From positions 1 through 53,387 of IMG/VR virus record IMGVR_UViG_3300044971_002285: a DNA stretch of 53,387 nucleotides; one strand, written 5' to 3'. Within the stretch, counting starts at the first letter, position 1. Every line of letters begins with the position of its first letter. The notes under the pieces are model-generated. The model searched no databases. It worked only from the letters and a program-made list of their open reading frames with translations, and was not told the DNA's origin. Both the position numbers and the translations under genes were made by a program. The stretch comes from a virus. Its lineage: Duplodnaviria > Caudoviricetes. Shown here one piece after another: positions 47,182-53,387 of the stretch.

Positions 47182-48138
47182 TCCCTTTAGCCGCTCCTTG
47201 TTTATCAAGGATATATCGTAGTGCTTCTTGCAGTACTCGTATAACTCTCCAGCAAGGTTTTGCGCTTTCTCAAGGGTCATCTCTTTAACAGCTGTCCTCC
47301 AGTCCTCTGGGGTCGAGCATATTATGCCCGTCTTGTTGTGAATCACCGCCTCCTTATATGGGGTGACGTTTGACACTATGATTGCTGTCTTGGTATACCC
47401 TGCCTCTATCACCTTTAGGTTGGACTTACACCTGTTGAATTTGGTGTTTATTATTGGCGATAACGACACATCAAAGTGTCGGTAGAGCTGCGCATATAGA
47501 TGGATGTCCTTTGGATACATCGTGTATTTAGCACGAAGAATATCCGGATAGTCCATAAGGTTCATGCAGTATAGCTCGTAGTCTTCAAAGGTCATCCCCA
47601 TTGATAGCAAATCCTTCTGATGCCCGTTAGCACCTAAATATCCAAAGCGAACCAGCCCATTGGGGTTTGGGTCTTTCTCTTGGTCAGCCCACTGCTCTTC
47701 CTGCTCATGCACGGTGTTGGGGATAATCCTGTAAGGTATATTTTTATTTACCTTTCGCATCTTATGGGCGAGCGCCTCAGAGGGTGTCCATATCTCATCG
47801 GCAATCCTAATGGTTGCTAGAATCTCGCGGGATATCTGCTTTTTGTATACCTCCTTTGCGGGGTTGTCATCGGGCAGCACCCAGTAGTCGTCGTTGTCGA
47901 GGATAAGCTTCACCTTGTATCCCTTTAGCCAACGCTTAAAGGACCCGTAGTTGGAGACGGTACACCTTCTAGATACTACCACGCTACCAACCTTTGTCAT
48001 ATCAAATTCCTTGAGCTCATCGAAGCTCGAGAAAAAGTGTATGTTGATTCCTTCTTCTGCCTTTAGGCGAAGAAACGGGGTCATCAATCTGTGGTAGTTG
48101 ATGCCGTTTAGGCCATCAAGAAATATCAGAGTTATCAT
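47173..48138 (-). CDS. GT-B (GT4-like) glycosyltransferase
   Basis: YHRL..P, LDNDDYW, FNRCKSNLKVIEAG, SNVTPY. Confidence 0.85.
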   Translation of the reverse strand: MITLIFLDGLNGINYHRLMTPFLRLKAEEGINIHFFSSFDELKEFDMTKVGSVVVSRRCTVSNYGSFKRWLKGYKVKLILDNDDYWVLPDDNPAKEVYKKQISREILATIRIADEIWTPSEALAHKMRKVNKNIPYRIIPNTVHEQEEQWADQEKDPNPNGLVRFGYLGANGHQKDLLSMGMTFEDYELYCMNLMDYPDILRAKYTMYPKDIHLYAQLYRHFDVSLSPIINTKFNRCKSNLKVIEAGYTKTAIIVSNVTPYKEAVIHNKTGIICSTPEDWRTAVKEMTLEKAQNLAGELYEYCKKHYDISLINKERLKGLV

Positions 48139-48343
48139 CGTGGTATTCCAATAATGCGGAGCGAATCATATCAAACTCGCTGTCTATCTCCCTCTTGAAC
48201 TTGCGTATGGTATTGTGAAGCCTGTCTGCGTCAGTCCTTGCTCTTCCTGCTTCGTCGTGCAGGCTTTCGTACAGGAGTGTTGCTGCGTTTGCTATCCTCG
48301 ATGTCGCCATGAAGTAGGTCTTGCTCAGTTCCTTTTTGTCCAT
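48116..48343 (-). CDS. Small helical hypothetical protein
   Basis: ATG ORF bridging RusA-like and GT genes. Confidence 0.65.
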   Translation of the reverse strand: MDKKELSKTYFMATSRIANAATLLYESLHDEAGRARTDADRLHNTIRKFKREIDSEFDMIRSALLEYHDDNSDIS

Positions 48344-48692
48344 GAGATGTAATGGTTACTAGGAACTGCTCTTTGGGGAGCGACGCGTCGAAGCGGGTTT
48401 CTTGCGAGAGATAATACTTTGGAGTGTCGTCAGGGACGTAGCCATAATTTCGTAGATAATCAGCAAGGAATTTACTACAACATATAGCATTATCAACATC
48501 ATAGCGACAATTGTAGCGCACAGCAATAGAAAATCGTTCCAGATGAAATTTGCCAAACGGCGCAAGCGCTGCTGAAATGTATTTCCAATAGACTTCCTTA
48601 TGTTTTTTACGGACCATAAAGTGGCGACCCGCATAGTATACGTTAAGGCTGGGCGGTTTTGGTAGAATGATTTGAATGTTTTCATAGTTCAC
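48231..48692 (-). CDS. RusA-like Holliday junction resolvase
   Basis: LPKPPSLN, DVDNA..K..D.L..G..PDD motifs. Confidence 0.75.
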   Translation of the reverse strand: MNYENIQIILPKPPSLNVYYAGRHFMVRKKHKEVYWKYISAALAPFGKFHLERFSIAVRYNCRYDVDNAICCSKFLADYLRNYGYVPDDTPKYYLSQETRFDASLPKEQFLVTITSHGQKGTEQDLLHGDIEDSKRSNTPVRKPARRSRKSKD

Positions 48693-48697
48693 TGGTA

Positions 48698-50482
48698 CTA
48701 AGTTAGGTCAATGCTCCCTGAATTCAAGTGCATTGGCCTAAAAGTTTTCTTGCCGAACATCGGGTTCATTCCAGTGCGCGTGTAGTTAAGCTCAAAAAGA
48801 ACGGGCTGGTCATAGGGCGTATTGCCACCTCCTGTTTCGGTGTTCCGCACTTTCCTTACGTGTATCTCCGTTCTGAATCGGATGTCTGGTTCAGGGTGCT
48901 GGACCTTCCTGTGAAATGTGAGTACAGAGTCAGCACGGTTGACCCACTTGCCCCCACCTTCGGTGTCCTCCGCCATCGGGGCCACTGGTAGTCCATCGGG
49001 GCCCTTACGGCGAATGGCATCGGTGATAGCGTGAGCGTTTACCCAAAGGGCAATGTCGTTCTGCGTTGTAAAGGTTAAAAACTCGGATGCCGCCTCATAG
49101 TGGTACTCGTGGGAGGTGATGCCTTGATTGTTCTTACCCATCGTAATCTTCAAGCTGTTGTAGGGGTCAATAAGATATCCATCGTACCGCTCTTGACGTA
49201 CTAGCTTCTCTGCAAAAATGAGCAGGTCGGAGTAGCTGTATACCTGCGCGTTGCTTATGACGGTAAAGTGCTTGTTAACCCACTTAAATGCTACCGTGCG
49301 CTCATCGTAATTCATCATGTCAATGGGCTTGTCAAGTAAGAACTCCATAAGACGCATCTTAAAGGATGCTGTCTTGTTCTCGCTAGAGTAGACCACCCAT
49401 CTCCATCCATGCTGAACCGCTGATGCCACCATCAGGAACTGCGCCATGGTGGTCTTACCTACGTTGCTGTGTCCGTTGATAATGGTGAGCTCCCTTTTTA
49501 ACAGAAAATACTGGTCTAGTATCTCAAACCCGGTGCTAAGTCCTCTTATTATATCTCCCTTGGCGAATTTCTCAATCCAGTTGTAGTCGGTGTCGTCTGA
49601 AGATATAAACGACATATCTCCATCGTTGATTTGCATCTCTCGGCGTATCCGTGCCTCGTCCTCTATGACATCGCGGATGGGAATCTTTTTGCCCTCGGCA
49701 ATGCCGTCCTTAATTGTAGTCTTGGCAAGAGATATGTTTTCGACGTTGCTCTTCTTTTCTATCTCTCTGAGCAGCACCCTCTCTGCCTCATCCTCTTCCA
49801 TCCTACCTGCCGCGACGTAGCCGCCACAAAGAATGGCGGCACGGAGCAATACTGCGTGCTTCTCGCCATCCTGGGCTCGGCGCACCATCCTAGCAACAAC
49901 GCTAAGCTTCTCGTAGTCGGTGTGGAGTTCCTGCATGTGGGCTACCTGATGTTCCTGCTGCTCCTTTAGCATGCCCCCAAACACCTTACTATTGTCGTTA
50001 CGCACTAGCTCGGGGTCGTAACTCTCAAAACACGCCCTAGATTCGTTTATTCCGGATGGGTCAGCCTCTAGGCCATAGGTGCTCTCATAGTACGTCTGAA
50101 GGGCTCTAAAATGCTCTCTGTGCCTCTCGGGGTTGCTTATCTTAACAAGAGCCTTGAGTCCTTGTCCCGATGGAGATATCCAGCATGCGTAGACGTACTC
50201 ATCTGTAGAAAGCAGGGCCTTTGAGGCCTCTGCGCTTACGTGGTCAAAGTCAAGGACTATGAGCCCGCTATGAGCCTCTAGCGCATCATCCTTTCGGACG
50301 GAGAAGGTGCCAGAGAACAATGCAACGGGGAGGGACTTCTTTAGCTCCGCATTGCCTGCCCTGATGGCAAGGACGTTCTCGGCGCTCCTGCCCGATACGA
50401 TTCTATCCAATGCCGCCACTACGTCTATGAAGTGCGGTTTGTCCGTCTTGGTGACGGACTCAAACATAGTTATGGTAGTCAT
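48698..50482 (-). CDS. Primase-helicase fusion (VirE_N/BT4734-like N-domain + DnaB/RecA-fold helicase)
   Basis: KKSLP..FSGTF, HSGLIVLDFDH, WISPSGQGLK; Walker A GHSNVGKT, Walker B LIDPYN, KVRN..GG. Confidence 0.88.
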   Translation of the reverse strand: MTTITMFESVTKTDKPHFIDVVAALDRIVSGRSAENVLAIRAGNAELKKSLPVALFSGTFSVRKDDALEAHSGLIVLDFDHVSAEASKALLSTDEYVYACWISPSGQGLKALVKISNPERHREHFRALQTYYESTYGLEADPSGINESRACFESYDPELVRNDNSKVFGGMLKEQQEHQVAHMQELHTDYEKLSVVARMVRRAQDGEKHAVLLRAAILCGGYVAAGRMEEDEAERVLLREIEKKSNVENISLAKTTIKDGIAEGKKIPIRDVIEDEARIRREMQINDGDMSFISSDDTDYNWIEKFAKGDIIRGLSTGFEILDQYFLLKRELTIINGHSNVGKTTMAQFLMVASAVQHGWRWVVYSSENKTASFKMRLMEFLLDKPIDMMNYDERTVAFKWVNKHFTVISNAQVYSYSDLLIFAEKLVRQERYDGYLIDPYNSLKITMGKNNQGITSHEYHYEAASEFLTFTTQNDIALWVNAHAITDAIRRKGPDGLPVAPMAEDTEGGGKWVNRADSVLTFHRKVQHPEPDIRFRTEIHVRKVRNTETGGGNTPYDQPVLFELNYTRTGMNPMFGKKTFRPMHLNSGSIDLT

Positions 50483-50787
50483 TGGAAATTCTGTTCGTAA
50501 TCTTTTTCTAAATAGGCAAACGACCTGGATATTGGCTTGCTGCTGTATAATTTAATTACCCTAAAGTTGTGCACCTTCCTATTACCAAAAAGCGCCATCT
50601 GCAAGGAGTTCATTGTTTCTGGGAACCTGTTTATGTCAAGAGTGTTTTTTGCCCTTGACACAAACTTGATGGGCATCTCTTCAGTGCCCTTAGTGTTTGA
50701 CACTAGCTTCTTTCCAAGTTTGGTGTGCCAAAATACCTGTGCCGCGTGTAGGTAAATCATTTGGCCTTCGTTATTTTCTTCGCTCAT
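50479..50787 (-). CDS. Hypothetical protein
   Basis: ORF; ATG 50787 preferred. Confidence 0.7.
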   Translation of the reverse strand: MSEENNEGQMIYLHAAQVFWHTKLGKKLVSNTKGTEEMPIKFVSRAKNTLDINRFPETMNSLQMALFGNRKVHNFRVIKLYSSKPISRSFAYLEKDYEQNFQ

Positions 50788-51424
50788 AGCCGAACCTTTC
50801 AAAGTCATCATGGTATATGGCGGTAATCAAGCGAACTGCATCTTGACTAAGTTCTAGTCTTTCTGAATAGCTTTTGTTTTTTTCTTCTAATTTTTTAGGC
50901 AACTCAAGACCAATGGTTTTTGCTACAATTCCTAAGTCTTGTTCAAATGTCTCTAGTCTTCCAATAAAATCTATATCATCTGAAATCCAAGCCGATTGGC
51001 TTGTCATCACATCGTACTTACCGCCTACAAAATCTCCATGATACCAAAACTGAATCATTGAGACCAAAGCAAGCGCCTTCGGTGCATCGACTATGTTATC
51101 ACAAAGCTCTGGAAGTGAATGTCTTTCATTAAGGATTTCATGAACACCAAAAACTTCATCTAATGTAAAATTCTTGTGGTCCGAGTAATTGCTTAAAAAC
51201 CAAGTATATGGGTCTCTAACAAATGCAAACTTAAAATAATTTTTCCAACGATATTCTCCAGAAATTTCCCTTAACGCTTTGTGTCCCTGGTGTCCATAGG
51301 GAGGGTGCTCATTGTCTGATGATATACATTTTGGGTCGGCATCAATAAACATCTGTTCAATCGTAGTGCTCCCAGTCTTAGGGATGCGAATGAAGATGCA
51401 CTTGTATTTATCTGATATTATCAT
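50771..51424 (-). CDS. Sulfotransferase (Sulfotransfer_2 / carbohydrate sulfotransferase-like)
   Basis: FIRIPKTGSTT (5'-PSB), FAFVRDPY..S.Y (3'-PB), DFIGRLE, YHDDFERFGY. Confidence 0.88.
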   Translation of the reverse strand: MIISDKYKCIFIRIPKTGSTTIEQMFIDADPKCISSDNEHPPYGHQGHKALREISGEYRWKNYFKFAFVRDPYTWFLSNYSDHKNFTLDEVFGVHEILNERHSLPELCDNIVDAPKALALVSMIQFWYHGDFVGGKYDVMTSQSAWISDDIDFIGRLETFEQDLGIVAKTIGLELPKKLEEKNKSYSERLELSQDAVRLITAIYHDDFERFGYERRK

Positions 51425-51915
51425 AAGGCTTTAGCGAGTACAAGTTCCTCATCGGTGATTGGGTTATAAAACTCGTACTCTTGTATTGCCTCCCGCAAGG
51501 ACGTCGCTTTGACAACTGGCGCTATGTACTCGTCCGTGGCTGGGCAGTAGTATGTCAGCATATAGTCGCGGTATATGAGCTTGCTAAGCATCTCATCAGT
51601 TAAAATCCTTATCTCCGAGATTGCATCCATATATTTTTTGGTATAATCTAAATCATAGGGCGCTCCCTTTGGCGATAGAGATGTTGCCACCCTGTGCTTT
51701 GACACGCTGTGAATGGTGCTACAATGGTCCCTATTAAATAGTTCTCCCAACTCGTTAAGGGTCATGGGCGTATTCTCTCGAAGGTATCCCCATATCATCC
51801 TGCGTGTCTCTACGATACGACGCTCTCTACTTCGGGTATATAAATCCAATAGGTTCGTGCTGTTGACCTTGCAAAACACAGCACAAATAGTGTTAACCGA
51901 TAAATCTTTTTTCAT
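51421..51915 (-). CDS. DnaA C-terminal (domain IV)-like HTH protein
   Basis: RSRERRIVETRRM..YL..T.MTL.ELG..F.RDH.ST.H pattern. Confidence 0.75.
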   Translation of the reverse strand: MKKDLSVNTICAVFCKVNSTNLLDLYTRSRERRIVETRRMIWGYLRENTPMTLNELGELFNRDHCSTIHSVSKHRVATSLSPKGAPYDLDYTKKYMDAISEIRILTDEMLSKLIYRDYMLTYYCPATDEYIAPVVKATSLREAIQEYEFYNPITDEELVLAKAL

Positions 51916-52469
51916 AATTTTATATTTATTGCATACAGGTCGTCTCTCTCTTGATACACTAAATAATGGCGGTCTTCTAAAAACTTAACTGCCAACTCTT
52001 TATTGGCGCCTAAGTGTTTTGTTTCAGCCTTAATTATTTGAGGACGAAGTGCCCCCTCATAATTTACCATTTGTAGGATGGCCCAATCGTGTCCCTCTGT
52101 ATCAATCTTCAGAAAATCAATTCTCTTAACTTGACATTCAAGCATCAGCGCATCGTAGGTAGTTGTTAAAACATCAACGGCCTCAACAAGGTTTTTATTC
52201 GAGCCTATTACATATTCTTCAAAGCAACTCATACCGCTAAAGTCCCTGTCGTTTTTGCATATATCGTCTTTGTAGACAAACATAGCTCGTGTAGAGTTTG
52301 TCGTGTCAATGGCCTTGTTGACGTATTGAACCCCGGGCATTCGCTCAATATCGTTTAGATATTTTGCAATGGGCTCCACAATTATGCCTTCCCATCCATG
52401 GCCAGCAAGATGGTTCAGGGTGCCAAAGTTGCAGCTCCCTATCTCGATAAAAAATTTAGTATCTCTCAT
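51912..52469 (-). CDS. FkbM-family methyltransferase
   Basis: FIEIGS, WEGIIVEP, IDFLKIDTEGHD..IL. Confidence 0.88.
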   Translation of the reverse strand: MRDTKFFIEIGSCNFGTLNHLAGHGWEGIIVEPIAKYLNDIERMPGVQYVNKAIDTTNSTRAMFVYKDDICKNDRDFSGMSCFEEYVIGSNKNLVEAVDVLTTTYDALMLECQVKRIDFLKIDTEGHDWAILQMVNYEGALRPQIIKAETKHLGANKELAVKFLEDRHYLVYQERDDLYAINIKL

Positions 52470-52842
52470 AATAAGTTAGATTGTCATATTCATTTGGCCC
52501 AAAGTATACCCAAGCCTTAATTGCAGTATCTATTTCCTCCATAACAATAGGAATCTCTCTTCTGCAATACCACTCTGGATGTCCCTCGAGAATGTCTAGG
52601 CGGCGTAGTACCTTCTTGTTTACCAAGTAGACCTCTACCTCTACGTTGTGGCCTTTGTTTAGCTTGTAAAGCAAAAACGGAAGGCCTCCTTGACGTATTA
52701 TCAAAGGATACCTGTCTGCGGTCTTTCCCTTGCCCATAAGGGTAGCGTCTTCAAGAATAAAATTATTGCCATATCCTCCCTTTAGCGTGCCATAGACGGC
52801 AACAGCTATATCGTTGTCTAAAACATCAGACTGCCTCTGCAT
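52456..52842 (-). CDS. Gamma-glutamylcyclotransferase (AIG2/GGACT-like)
   Basis: VAVYGTLKGG, EVYLV, LDILEGHP..Y.R, AWVY; ATG 52842 preferred. Confidence 0.85.
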   Translation of the reverse strand: MQRQSDVLDNDIAVAVYGTLKGGYGNNFILEDATLMGKGKTADRYPLIIRQGGLPFLLYKLNKGHNVEVEVYLVNKKVLRRLDILEGHPEWYCRREIPIVMEEIDTAIKAWVYFGPNEYDNLTYYERY

Positions 52843-52982
52843 ACTAAAAGATTTAGGTAGTGCTCCAGATATTCCTTTCTTCCGCTCATTATTGGTGTTC
52901 CGTTCCATGTTAGTTTCCATTCATTTTTAATTTCATTATAGTCTATCTTATACATCCTGTAAAAATCACTCCTTCTCTTCAT
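52818..52982 (-). CDS. Small hypothetical protein (54 aa)
   Basis: Own translation MKRRSDFYRMYKIDY...; ATGA coupling. Confidence 0.5.
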   Translation of the reverse strand: MKRRSDFYRMYKIDYNEIKNEWKLTWNGTPIMSGRKEYLEHYLNLLVCRGSLMF

Positions 52983-53140
52983 AACCTATATTCTCTCCAG
53001 TTTTTCGGACTATTTTTCCAGCGTATATACATCTTCGCGGCAACGGCAAGCCGCTGCGGCCTAAACTTATACTTACTCTTTATCTGAGCCATTGCAATCC
53101 TTATGAATTGTTCCCTCTCCTTGTCATCTGTTTCACTCAT
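52979..53140 (-). CDS. Small basic hypothetical protein (53 aa)
   Basis: Own translation MSETDDKEREQFIRIAMAQ...; ATGA coupling on both sides. Confidence 0.6.
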   Translation of the reverse strand: MSETDDKEREQFIRIAMAQIKSKYKFRPQRLAVAAKMYIRWKNSPKNWREYRL

Positions 53141-53387
53141 AGTAGGTCTTTTGATTTAATTAAAACTCCCAACGAGGTGTTGTTGTCGCCTCCTGGCACT
53201 CCTATGCGGCCGTATTTTGTCTTGCATAAGCGCTTCAACCTTGCTGTTGAAATAATTATTAAGTACAAAATGTCTTCTTCCTCCATTGCCACCTCGTTTT
53301 CTTTGTGACGGCATCCCCTTTCGGATGCCGCAATCAAGACCCAATAGTCAGCCTCCGTATTGGCTATGCCCGACGGCTTATTTCTTG
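53137..53387 (-). CDS. 5'-truncated conserved phage protein, possibly PD-(D/E)XK-like
   Basis: Frame open to the window edge: ..NKPSGIANTEADYW..GGDNNTS.GVLI. Confidence 0.65.
   Translation of the reverse strand, partial: RNKPSGIANTEADYWVLIAASERGCRHKENEVAMEEEDILYLIIISTARLKRLCKTKYGRIGVPGGDNNTSLGVLIKSKDLL

Larger units (their letters stand above)
1..53387. mobile_element. Bacteriophage genome segment (Caudoviricetes, podovirus-like with crAss-like gene order; probable Bacteroidota host)
   Basis: TerL, portal, capsid, tail, large internal proteins, endolysin and primase-helicase; no host housekeeping genes or integrase seen; Bacteroidota-type promoter boxes throughout. Confidence 0.93.

Noticed and set aside
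48359-48685. Alternative minus-strand 108-aa ORF
   Set aside because: Nested in the RusA-like frame, which carries the recognisable catalytic motifs
1-53387. Stop-codon reassignment as in some crAss-like phages; prophage or integration features
   Set aside because: Long genes are intact in the standard code and TAG/TGA/TAA all end genes; no suppressor tRNA, integrase or host flank seen

Overview
About 53 kb of a tailed dsDNA phage genome, probably infecting a Bacteroidota host. Host evidence: at least 16 TAnnTTTG -7 promoter boxes before genes, AT-rich leaders without Shine-Dalgarno sites, and a Q-rule signal peptide. Gene order resembles a crAss-like podovirus. 1-2835 (-): small early genes behind two sigma54-consensus promoters. 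3531-5660 (-): HNH-like gene, conserved hypothetical, GH19 endolysin. 5742-47181 (mostly +): late region with basic proteins, methyltransferase, GroES-like gene, terminase, portal, a 2139-aa collagen, scaffold, capsid, tail proteins, three putative ejection proteins and membrane lysis genes. 47173-53387 (-): glycosyltransferase, RusA-like resolvase, primase-helicase, sulfotransferase, DnaA-C domain, FkbM methyltransferase, GGCT. The standout system is the giant Lys/Thr-rich collagen followed by a modification operon. Its central gene fuses a GT4-like domain, a COLGALT-like GT25 domain and a PLOD-like lysyl hydroxylase, and it is flanked by two more 2OG-Fe(II) oxygenases. This looks like an animal/mimivirus-style collagen hydroxylation-glycosylation pathway in a phage. 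Other signals: a free-standing 34-aa peptide resembling the RNR alpha C-terminal redox tail, an A10 slippery site with a downstream stem, a promoter-hairpin-terminator sRNA candidate, leaderless late promoters and three hairpins sharing a CCAAAA loop. All family calls are motif recognition by eye; no searches were run.
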